22,917 nucleotides of DNA from Promethearchaeota archaeon (GTDB lineage Archaea; Asgardarchaeota; Lokiarchaeia; Sigyniarchaeales; SOKP01): NCBI GenBank assembly GCA_019058015.1, contig JAHLWH010000178.1, forward strand, positions 1 to 22,917. Direction: 5' to 3'. Below are positions 1-8,356 of this stretch, one piece after another. The notes beneath the pieces were generated by a model. That model was not told the origin of the DNA and did not search any database. It saw only the letters and a program-made list of their open reading frames with translations. Position 1 is the stretch's first letter. Each line of letters begins with the position of its first letter. The position numbers were made by a program, and so were the translations under genes.

Positions 1-1
1 C

Positions 2-178
2 TGTGTGGCTGGCTGTGGTAGAACTGGTCAAATGATTATCGTGTGGGCAACTAAAAATGGTCAAATTCCAAAGGATATAGATCCGGTAGAGTGGTTAAGA
101 AAAAAAAGACCATGCTCACTTGAAACTAAAAAACAAGAAGATTTCGCTAGAAAAATTCACAAGTATTTTCAAAAATAA
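2..178 (+). CDS. Protein-tyrosine/dual-specificity phosphatase, C-terminal part (5' end outside window)
   Basis: Not in the ORF track. Frame 2 reads CVAGCGRTGQMIIVWA...VEWLRKKRPCSLETKKQEDF...QK*: a CX5R(T) P-loop followed by the typical R..RP.S.ET..Q C-terminal motif. TAA at 176-178. Confidence 0.85.
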   Translation, partial: CVAGCGRTGQMIIVWATKNGQIPKDIDPVEWLRKKRPCSLETKKQEDFARKIHKYFQK

Positions 179-201
179 AAAGACCATAAAATAATCTATT
201 G

Positions 202-921
202 TTATGATATAAGAACCAATCCATAGTATATGGTGATAATATAGAGATATATTTCGATAATTAATGTTGCCAAAACACCAATTAGAATCATTTCGAGCGC
301 AGGTTTAAGCCAATGTTTCTCAGAAAAAAAACTTCTAAAAATACCTACTATGAAAAATGCACAGAAGGACAAAATAGTTGCGATAATAAAGGAGATTGTT
401 GCTATTGGTATAAAATATGGAATTACTGGCAGAAAACCGCCTAAAACAAAAGCACATGCCATATATATTGCATTATTTACTGGATCTCTTTTTTGAGAAC
501 CTTCAAGTTGAAATTTTATTATTTTCTCCCAAAGATCTGGATTTGTTCTAAAAGAGTTCTCAATAGTTTCAATTTCTTTACTATTTATTCCAATTTTTTG
601 GGAAAATTTTGCAAATTTTTCTTTACGTAGTGTTTCATTTTTATCATTCGAAGGTGATTTAATTAGATATTCATTTTTTGTTTTTGTTGAAGTAAATGCA
701 CCAAAACCCATTGAAATAGCACCTGCTGCTACCTCAGCTAATAATGTGATCAATAATAGCGTAGGATTGGAAAAAACAAGAATTGCAATTCCTGCAAGTA
801 AAACATACGTAGAGATCAAACCGTCTTGAAACCCAAAAATAAAATTCCTAAAGGTATCTCCGCTTTCTGAGAACAATAACTTTTGGAATCGTATAGAAAT
901 TTTTTTTTTCATACTAATCAA
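202..921 (-). CDS. VIT1/CCC1 family Fe/Mn transporter
   Basis: FRNFIFGFQDGLIST, AGAISMGFGAF and FVLGGFLPVIPY motifs, about 5 TM segments. The conserved intramembrane Asp and Met are present. Confidence 0.88.
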   Translation of the reverse strand: MISMKKKISIRFQKLLFSESGDTFRNFIFGFQDGLISTYVLLAGIAILVFSNPTLLLITLLAEVAAGAISMGFGAFTSTKTKNEYLIKSPSNDKNETLRKEKFAKFSQKIGINSKEIETIENSFRTNPDLWEKIIKFQLEGSQKRDPVNNAIYMACAFVLGGFLPVIPYFIPIATISFIIATILSFCAFFIVGIFRSFFSEKHWLKPALEMILIGVLATLIIEIYLYIITIYYGLVLIS

Positions 922-992
922 ATATTTTCTTAAATATTTATAGATTTAAAATTAACTGAAAGATTAAAAGGGGGGTTATTTAATAATTCTTT

Positions 993-1442
993 CTAAAGAA
1001 AACTAATGGAATACGCATTGGGGATTCCAAATAGTCCGAAAATAATATTTGTTGAAAAAGTGCTTATAAAGTAAGCTGGCGGGAATGTGATTAAAAATAA
1101 TATGAATACCCATTTTACAGAAAGTTTATTCTTTTCATAATATCTTAAGTATAAAATAAAGAATTCAGCTGTATAAGTTATACAGAGATTTATTATTATA
1201 GCAATGCCTCCTCCAATAACATAAAATATTGAATAAAATGCGGTAATTCCTTCAACCACTTCAACGATTAAACCTGTTATTAAAATATTTTTTATATTAA
1301 TTTGAGATTTATCCCTATAATGAAGGAAAAGTCCTAAATACAAAAAACCTTCGAATACAATAAAATGAAGGATTGTTTGAATAATTTCAAAGATTAGAAT
1401 TTCAAAAAAGGTTAATCCTGGTAATGAATTAAATGGAATCAT
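993..1442 (-). CDS. Hypothetical integral membrane protein (about 4 TM)
   Basis: 149-aa ORF with repeated hydrophobic stretches, no family recognised. Confidence 0.7.
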   Translation of the reverse strand: MIPFNSLPGLTFFEILIFEIIQTILHFIVFEGFLYLGLFLHYRDKSQINIKNILITGLIVEVVEGITAFYSIFYVIGGGIAIIINLCITYTAEFFILYLRYYEKNKLSVKWVFILFLITFPPAYFISTFSTNIIFGLFGIPNAYSISFL

Positions 1443-1564
1443 GTTATTTTTTTCCTTTTAGGTAATTCATTTCATTATTAATTAAGTAATTAGTTTTAAA
1501 TTTATTTAAAAGAATATTGAAATAAATTATTAAATAAATAAATTCTTCAAAATAGGATTATATT

Positions 1565-1825
1565 ATGATCGAAAATCGTTCAGTAAATGAGAATCGAATA
1601 CCTATATCAAGTCCTGTTGTTTTATCACAGAGAAGAAAGGTTATCTTAGCCTTGATATTTATAATAGGGATACCTTTATCTTATCCAACCGTATTTCCTT
1701 TTGGGCTTATTTGTTCAGCAATTCTATTATTCCAAAAAAATAAAAAGTCAAACATCGCTGGATTTATCTTAATAATTTCTCAAATAATTCAAATTTTAGT
1801 CTTAGGACCAGCCTTAAAGCTTTAA
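1565..1825 (+). CDS. Small hypothetical membrane protein
   Basis: 86 aa with 2-3 hydrophobic segments, ends 31 nt before the next co-oriented gene. Confidence 0.6.
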   Translation: MIENRSVNENRIPISSPVVLSQRRKVILALIFIIGIPLSYPTVFPFGLICSAILLFQKNKKSNIAGFILIISQIIQILVLGPALKL

Positions 1826-1856
1826 ACAATCGATTTTTAAAAAATAATGGAAGGTA

Positions 1857-3629
1857 ATGATAAAAATGAATATGGATAGAGATAAATTATTGTTAATTGG
1901 GAAAATTTTCCTTATTATTTTTGCTCTTGGGCTCTGGACTTATTCATATATTGACTTCAATGTAATGTTCAATAATGATAAGGTCACATTATGGATTCAT
2001 GGTCCTTCAATAGTAGAAGAGGATGAAGAATTTAGTCTAACAGTAGAAGCATGGGATATTTTTGAAAGATTAGCAGGGAGATTTACGGGTGAGATCTCCT
2101 TTAGTATAGAATCGTATAATTTCACCACACTTGAAGGGATCAGTTCTGATCATACATTACCAGCTGACTATGTATTCAGTTCTAATTTTATATGGAGTGG
2201 TATTTTGCCTGCCTATATAATACCCGGCGCTGATAATGGAAAAAAAACATTTAACATGAAAATTTCTACTCCCGGAATTCATTACGTTGTAGTAGAGGAG
2301 AAAAATAATCATAATCGATATAGGAGTAATCCAATAATAGTCAAATCAGAAGGAGATTCGTATTTGAAATTATATTGGGGCGATCTTCACGGTCATACGC
2401 TTTTTTCAGATGGATCTGGTTTACCCTTTGAATCATATCAAATTGCTCGTGATGTTTCATTATTAGATTTTGCAGCCTTAACAGATCATTGTGAACACTT
2501 CCCAAGAATGGGCGATATTGATATTTTCAATATTTTCGATAATTACATTCAAACAACTAATAGCTTTAATGAACCAGAAAAATTTGTGACAATTGTTGCT
2601 TTAGAATGGACACCCCGTTATGTAGTCAGGGGAGCAGATATTGTTTTTGGCCATTTAAACGTATATTTTGAAGGAGATAACATGCCATTCTTTTCTACTT
2701 TTACGAATCTTACACCTGATGTGTTATTTGAATACCTTGAAGAAAATAGTAATGATGATTTTATCTCATGGACTCATCATACAATAAGAAAGGATTACGC
2801 ATCGGATTATGCATTTTATCACGAGGATATAAATACTTTAATTGAAATTTACTCGGTTCATGGTTCATGTGAGACCTTAGGAAATGATACTTATTATGAA
2901 GAAGTTTCAAAAATTCCAACCGATGAACCAGGTTATTCGGTGAGAGATGCTTTAAAGATGGGCAGGCGTTTTGGGTTTATGGCTTCAGGAGATACTCATG
3001 ATGGTCGACTAGGGCACAGTATAAGTCATACAAAAGCCTCTGCTTATAATCAATATCCTTACACATTAGCAGGATATAGACTAGGTCATCCCCACCCAAA
3101 CGGTTTAACAGGTATTTTTGCATCCAATTTAACAAGAAAATCGATCTTTAACGCATTAAAAACAAAATCTTGCCTTGCAACTACAGGTGTGAATAGACCA
3201 TATATTGAATTTAATATAAATGAAACTACAGTAGGAGATAATAATTCAACTTTAAATGTCCCAGCTAATGATACTCATCGGAGGATTAATATTTTAATTT
3301 GTGCTGATGGAGTATCTTTTGGCCCTAATAATATCAATAACATCTCAGAGGTTGAGATTTATAAAAATTCAGAATTATGGTATTCTAATAAATCAATTAA
3401 TGATATATTTTTTAAAATGTCAATTTTAGACAATAAAACAATCACTGGTACCAGCTATGATAACTGCATCCAAAAAGACGATGGTGAGTGGTATATACAC
3501 CAAAATTCATTAAAACCTGTCAACCCTGATGAATTAAATACCGGTGGCTTTGATTACTATTATATTAGAACTCGTGATACCAGTGGTTATGCTGCCTGGG
3601 TTGGACCAATATGGGTTGGAGTCCCGTAA
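1857..3629 (+). CDS. Membrane-anchored PHP-fold metallohydrolase (DUF3604 / CehA-McbA-like)
   Basis: N-terminal TM helix. Metal motifs WGDLHGHT.FSDG, DFAALTDH, LEWT, GHLNV, ASGDTHDG. C-terminal YYYIR...AWVGPIWV. Confidence 0.82.
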   Translation: MIKMNMDRDKLLLIGKIFLIIFALGLWTYSYIDFNVMFNNDKVTLWIHGPSIVEEDEEFSLTVEAWDIFERLAGRFTGEISFSIESYNFTTLEGISSDHTLPADYVFSSNFIWSGILPAYIIPGADNGKKTFNMKISTPGIHYVVVEEKNNHNRYRSNPIIVKSEGDSYLKLYWGDLHGHTLFSDGSGLPFESYQIARDVSLLDFAALTDHCEHFPRMGDIDIFNIFDNYIQTTNSFNEPEKFVTIVALEWTPRYVVRGADIVFGHLNVYFEGDNMPFFSTFTNLTPDVLFEYLEENSNDDFISWTHHTIRKDYASDYAFYHEDINTLIEIYSVHGSCETLGNDTYYEEVSKIPTDEPGYSVRDALKMGRRFGFMASGDTHDGRLGHSISHTKASAYNQYPYTLAGYRLGHPHPNGLTGIFASNLTRKSIFNALKTKSCLATTGVNRPYIEFNINETTVGDNNSTLNVPANDTHRRINILICADGVSFGPNNINNISEVEIYKNSELWYSNKSINDIFFKMSILDNKTITGTSYDNCIQKDDGEWYIHQNSLKPVNPDELNTGGFDYYYIRTRDTSGYAAWVGPIWVGVP

Positions 3630-3646
3630 ATCGTAAAATGTATTAT

Positions 3647-3674
3647 TTTTTTCCTATCTTTTTTTAGCTTTTTT
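3647..3674 (+). terminator. Archaeal-type oligo-T terminator
   Basis: Three T6-T7 runs directly after the stop codon at 3629. Confidence 0.45.
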
Positions 3675-3743
3675 ATAGAAAGAAATTAAAATTGATAATG
3701 ACAATAATTAAATCAATATAAACAAAATCTAATAAAAGAAAAA

Positions 3744-4682
3744 ATGTCTCATCAAATATCTAATGAAGTTTATTTAAAATATCTTTTATTATCCTTAAAT
3801 AAAGATGAATTAAAAGAAATATGTAGATCTTTTAATATAAAAGGTTTTTCAAAGTTTGGTAAGGAAGATTTAACTAATTTTTTAATTGATAGTTTAGCTG
3901 AAGAAGAAGTAGCGGAATTACTAAAAGAAAGAGAGATGGATATTATTTCTAGGGAAATAAATAGAGCATTTAATATCATTAGAGGTAATGAACGTGAATC
4001 TGTGGAGAATATTAAGATAGTAAACCCTAAGGAACATGAAATTGAGATTAAATTTAAGGGCTTTAGGTGGACGAATGAATTGTACCTTAGTATTAAAGAC
4101 ACAAATATTTTCGATCCAGAGAGAATTTGTGAATGTAGAATTGGCTCCGCTGGAGGTTTTTGTCCCCATTTTTGGGTTGGATTTATTGTTTCCTTAAAAA
4201 AAGGGTTTTTTAATTTGAAAAATTGGACTACTACTAAATTACCTAAAGATTTCGGAAAGCGAATAAAAAATATTCAAATTTCTACTATATCAAAAGATAA
4301 ATCAATAGAACAATTAAGGATTTTTGATGCAACTTCTGATGATGTAAGACTTTTAAAATTTTTAAATTCAAGAACAACTGTTTATGATGGAACTGTCACA
4401 GATTTAGAATTTAAAGAGGACGATTTTCAAGGCAATATTACTAAATACTATATTGCAACATTAAAAGACGGTAAACTGGGCCCACAGTTAAAGAAAAAAT
4501 CAGATTTTAATGAAAATGAATTAGAAGAGTTTGAAGAGATTAAAGCAAGAATCAGCGAAAAAAAGCATATTGATGCAGATTTAAAGGTAGGAGATATAAT
4601 ATCTTTAAATGGATCCCTTACTAAAGACAATTTTTTGGATGCTCTTGTATTAAAAAGAGTAACAAAAATTCAAAAAAAGTAA
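3744..4682 (+). CDS. SWIM zinc-finger protein with N-terminal HEH (SAP/Rho-N-like) and C-terminal OB-fold-like domains
   Basis: SWIM CxC-x8-CxH (CECRIGSAGGFCPH, 4128-4169). N-terminal LNKDELKEICRSFNIKGFSKFGKEDL. C-terminal GTVTD...YYIATLKDG...LKVGDIISLNG. Confidence 0.75.
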   Translation: MSHQISNEVYLKYLLLSLNKDELKEICRSFNIKGFSKFGKEDLTNFLIDSLAEEEVAELLKEREMDIISREINRAFNIIRGNERESVENIKIVNPKEHEIEIKFKGFRWTNELYLSIKDTNIFDPERICECRIGSAGGFCPHFWVGFIVSLKKGFFNLKNWTTTKLPKDFGKRIKNIQISTISKDKSIEQLRIFDATSDDVRLLKFLNSRTTVYDGTVTDLEFKEDDFQGNITKYYIATLKDGKLGPQLKKKSDFNENELEEFEEIKARISEKKHIDADLKVGDIISLNGSLTKDNFLDALVLKRVTKIQKK

Positions 4683-4757
4683 ATTAAAAATTATAAAGCA
4701 TTCTCTCCTAATCTAATTAATAATTTTAAATAATCTAACATCAATTAATGAATTATT

Positions 4758-4765
4758 AAGGAGGA
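4758..4765 (+). promoter_or_regulatory. Shine-Dalgarno site
   Basis: AAGGAGGA 6 nt upstream of the ATG at 4772. Confidence 0.7.
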
Positions 4766-4771
4766 TTAATA

Positions 4772-5803
4772 ATGTTTTTAAAAGATAGATGTACCGTTTG
4801 CGGAGTATGTTTGATAAGATGCCCCTATTTGGCATATTCTGAGGAAAAAGCTAAGGAAGAGTTTAAAAAATTGATAAACAGTGAGCCTACTTCAATAACT
4901 GCGGAGTGTATTACATGTGCTGCGTGTAACATGTTCTGTCCTGAAGGAGCTAATCCTTTTGATTTAATTAACGATAGGCAAGAAGAAACTGGAACATTTA
5001 AAGTTACCGATGAATGGATCAGAATGATGAAAATGGCGTCAAAAATGCCATCCAAAATTATTAAAGGAGATCCTGAAAAACCAATTATGAATCTCTGTTC
5101 AGTAGGAGATATACTTCCTGGAGTTATTGAAGGGCAGCTCTTCGATGGAATGACACTTCTTAAAGGAGGTGATTATTTTTGTTATTTTGGTTGGGTGCAT
5201 GCAGGAAAACCAAGTATGGTTAGCGAAAATGCCCAAATTTTTGTAGATAATCTCGCAAAAATTGGTGCTGAGGAAATAATATGTTATCACGACGATTGCT
5301 ATGCGATGTTAACCAATAAGGTTATAGAATTTGGGATAGACTTGCCGTTTAAACCGATTCATATATTAGAATATCTGCGAGATTATGTTAAGGAGCATAA
5401 TGACCAGATAAAAAAATTAAACATGAAAGTTGCCTACCAGCAACCCTGCGCTTCAAGGTATGCCTTTGAAGAAAATGACAAAATACTTGATGAACTATTT
5501 GAACTTATAGGGGTTGAAAGAGTAGATAGAAAATACGATCGAATTGATGCCCAGTGCTGTGGAGGAATAATAAGTGTGATGTTAAATTTAGGTAAAAAAG
5601 AATCAAATAAATGGCGGATGACTAATATTATGGATGCAAAGGAAGCGGGAGCTGACGCAATGGTTTTCTTATGTCCATTATGCATTCTTAGCCTTAGAAG
5701 TCGAGCAAAAGCCCAAGGATTGGAACCATACATCATTAGCAACTTAGTGAGATTAGCATTAGGGGAAAAACTCACACATGGAGGAGCTGGAAAGATCTAT
5801 TAA
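4772..5803 (+). CDS. Fe-S oxidoreductase, HdrD/GlpC-like (2x[4Fe-4S] ferredoxin domain + CCG domains)
   Basis: CTVCGVCLIRCP and CITCAACNMFCP. Degenerate first CCG domain (FCYFG...HDDC). Second domain YQQPC...QCCGG...LCPLC. Confidence 0.88.
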   Translation: MFLKDRCTVCGVCLIRCPYLAYSEEKAKEEFKKLINSEPTSITAECITCAACNMFCPEGANPFDLINDRQEETGTFKVTDEWIRMMKMASKMPSKIIKGDPEKPIMNLCSVGDILPGVIEGQLFDGMTLLKGGDYFCYFGWVHAGKPSMVSENAQIFVDNLAKIGAEEIICYHDDCYAMLTNKVIEFGIDLPFKPIHILEYLRDYVKEHNDQIKKLNMKVAYQQPCASRYAFEENDKILDELFELIGVERVDRKYDRIDAQCCGGIISVMLNLGKKESNKWRMTNIMDAKEAGADAMVFLCPLCILSLRSRAKAQGLEPYIISNLVRLALGEKLTHGGAGKIY

Positions 5804-5862
5804 TAAATAACTTTTTTTATTTTAAAAACTACTAATTTTTTTAATAAAATTGAAAAAAGGAT

Positions 5863-7242
5863 TTGATTAGTATTAACCCTAAAAGTGGTTTTTTAACTGA
5901 TAATAATATTATTTTAGCGACTGATTTTTACGAATTAACAATGAGTGCGGGATATTTCCAATATAATTTAGAGAATTTTATTGATGATCAAAATGACATA
6001 TCAACTTTTGAAGTATTTGTAAGAAAACTTCCTCGAAACAGAAATTATCTAATTTTTGCTGGGCTTGAACAAGTCATACATTATTTACAAAATGCACGAT
6101 TTAATGAAAGAACGATTGAATATTTCCGAAGTAGAGAAGATTTTAAAAATATAAATCCTAAATTTTTTGATGAGTATTTACCTAATTTTAAATTTGATCT
6201 CGATGTGTGGTCAATCCCAGAAGGACAATTCTTTTTCCCAAATGAGCCAATCATGAGGATTGAAGGGCCTACAATTCAAGCACAGTTAGCTGAAACATAC
6301 ATACTGAATGTGATTACTTATCAAACTGCAGTAGCATCTAAAGCATCAAGAATAAGAATTGTGTCTGGAAACCGGATAATTGTAGATTTTGGGACGAGAC
6401 GTTCTCATAGTCCATTAGCAGGGGTTTATGCTGCTCGTGCAAGTTATATTGCAGGGTTAAATGGTACAAGCAACTGTTTAGCTGATTTGGAATTAGGTAT
6501 TAGGGCATCTGGAACAATGGCTCATTCATGGGTTCAAAGATTCCCTACAGAGTTAGAGAGTTTTAAGGAGTTTTATAAATTATATGGAAAGAATTCAATT
6601 CTTCTCATAGATACATATGATATAAAAAAAGGTGCATTAAATGCGTGTAAGACAGCGAAAGATATAGGAGGTGTAAGGATTGACTCAGGTGATCTCGTAG
6701 AAAATTCAAAAATAGTGAGAAAAATTTTAGATGAAAATGGTCTTAAGAATGCAATTATTACATTAAGCAGTGATTTAAATGAATATAAAATAAAAGAAAT
6801 AATTGATAAAGGTACTCCCGTTGATGCTTTTGGTGTAGGTACTGAAATGGTTACAAGCCGCGATGATCCTGTTGTAAATAGCGTTTACAAATTGATACAA
6901 CATAATGGAATTCCTAAGATTAAAATTAGCGAAGGAAAAATCACATATCCTGGAAAAAAACAGGTTTATAGAAAATATAACGAGAATGGAAAATTTACCA
7001 AAGATATACTAATGCTAGAAAATGAAACTCCGCCTGAAGAATCCGAGCCAATTATGATCCCAATTATGAAAAAAGGGGAATTAATTTATGATTTACCATC
7101 ATTAGATAAGATTCAACAGTTTTATTACAAAAACATGGAAAAATTGCCAGAAGAATATAAAAAATTAGAGCCGTTAAATCTTTTTAGATTAGAATTATCA
7201 AATGGAATTAAAGATTTAACTCAAAAATTAAAGAATCAATAA
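5863..7242 (+). CDS. pncB: Nicotinate phosphoribosyltransferase
   Basis: TDFYELTM, DFGTRRSH, GTMAHSWV (phospho-His), LIDTYD, GVRIDSGD, SSDLNEY, FGVGT. TTG start. Confidence 0.95.
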   Translation: MISINPKSGFLTDNNIILATDFYELTMSAGYFQYNLENFIDDQNDISTFEVFVRKLPRNRNYLIFAGLEQVIHYLQNARFNERTIEYFRSREDFKNINPKFFDEYLPNFKFDLDVWSIPEGQFFFPNEPIMRIEGPTIQAQLAETYILNVITYQTAVASKASRIRIVSGNRIIVDFGTRRSHSPLAGVYAARASYIAGLNGTSNCLADLELGIRASGTMAHSWVQRFPTELESFKEFYKLYGKNSILLIDTYDIKKGALNACKTAKDIGGVRIDSGDLVENSKIVRKILDENGLKNAIITLSSDLNEYKIKEIIDKGTPVDAFGVGTEMVTSRDDPVVNSVYKLIQHNGIPKIKISEGKITYPGKKQVYRKYNENGKFTKDILMLENETPPEESEPIMIPIMKKGELIYDLPSLDKIQQFYYKNMEKLPEEYKKLEPLNLFRLELSNGIKDLTQKLKNQ

Positions 7243-7249
7243 TTTAAGA

Positions 7250-8098
7250 TTAACTCGAAGATATCAATAATATCGGGATTATTATTATAATAGAAATTAT
7301 CCCATATAATATACAAAAGTATCCAAATTGTATCTTTTGAGCAACTCTAATTAAAAATTCAATAGATAAGTATCCGACTCCAAAACTAATCAATGTTGAT
7401 AGAATTATAATTATCGGATCTAAAGTTCCCAAGATAGATCCCTCTTCGAATATAATATCTACTCCAATGGACGCAATAGCTACAGGAACAGACATTAAAA
7501 AACTTAACTTCAATGCAGAAGAATGCTCATATTTTTCTCCAAGAATTGTCGAAACTGTGACACCAGAACGAGAAATACCTGGTAAAATAGAACATCCTTG
7601 AATTAACCCGGCTAAGAAACTATGCTTAAAGATTTTTTCATCTTCAATGTCATTTATTGCATTCTTTCCATAATCTTTTCTTATTTTTAGTAAAATAATA
7701 CCGGTAATAATTAGAAATCCTGAAATGATTAAAGTTATTAAATCTCCTTGAAATGCAGAAAAACTATCCTTAATTAAGAAATAAAGCGATAAAGCCGTTA
7801 TAGCCGTACCAATGGTTGCAAAGATCACCCAATTTCTTTTTTTGATATCAATATCCTCTACTTCAAATATATTGGGCAAAAAAGATTGAATTATTTTTAT
7901 ATAATCAGTTCTAAATTTCAAAAGAACTGCAATTGTCGTTCCTAAATGAAGCCATATAGCCAAACTGAACGCTTGATCTGGAGGTATTCCAAAAACATTG
8001 ATTGAAAAGATCATAACCTGTCCAGAGGAGGAGATGGGGAGCCACTCAAAAAGCCCTTGCAATATAGAAAGTATGATGAATTTGAGGAGATCAAACAT
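7250..8098 (-). CDS. uppP: Undecaprenyl/polyprenyl-diphosphate phosphatase (BacA/UppP family)
   Basis: QGLFEWLPISSSG, LHLGT, PGISRSGVT and LSFLMSVP motifs, polytopic membrane protein. Confidence 0.93.
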   Translation of the reverse strand: MFDLLKFIILSILQGLFEWLPISSSGQVMIFSINVFGIPPDQAFSLAIWLHLGTTIAVLLKFRTDYIKIIQSFLPNIFEVEDIDIKKRNWVIFATIGTAITALSLYFLIKDSFSAFQGDLITLIISGFLIITGIILLKIRKDYGKNAINDIEDEKIFKHSFLAGLIQGCSILPGISRSGVTVSTILGEKYEHSSALKLSFLMSVPVAIASIGVDIIFEEGSILGTLDPIIIILSTLISFGVGYLSIEFLIRVAQKIQFGYFCILYGIISIIIIIPILLISSS

Positions 8099-8173
8099 GA
8101 GTAATAAAAACCATTTATTATTTAATATTTTACCATATGATGAGTGAATAACTAAAGTTTTGGATAAATATAT

Positions 8174-8257
8174 TTACCACATTTTGCACATCTTGCTTGA
8201 GGTATTTTTGGTGGATTCATTATATGCGGGAATTAAAATTACTACTTTTTTAGACAT
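8174..8257 (-). pseudogene. 5' remnant of a family-2 glycosyltransferase gene
   Basis: ATG at 8257 reads MSKKVVILIPAYNESTKNTSSKMCKMW*. VVILIPAYNE is the GT2 N-terminal motif, but the ORF stops after 27 aa. Confidence 0.6.
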
Positions 8258-8356
8258 AAAAAATTTGATATTTTAATTTAGAATATTAATTCGGTTTAAA
8301 TAATTATATATTTCTAAAAAAATCAATTAATTATCTCCAAGTTTTGAATCTAACTT

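Noticed and set aside
955-978. G6 run (AAAAGGGGGGTT) resembling the G-string of an archaeal ORB element
   Set aside because: It lacks the TCCA...GGAAA core, is not repeated, and there is no cdc6/orc1 gene in the window.
3770-5775. Antisense ORFs 3770-4102, 3921-4169, 4448-4630, 4825-5055, 5099-5290 and 5434-5775
   Set aside because: They lie entirely opposite well-supported genes and have no motifs, typical shadow ORFs.
8137-8200. ATGATGA (box C-like) suggesting a C/D sRNA
   Set aside because: No CTGA box D at a suitable distance. The region is better explained as a coding remnant on the other strand.
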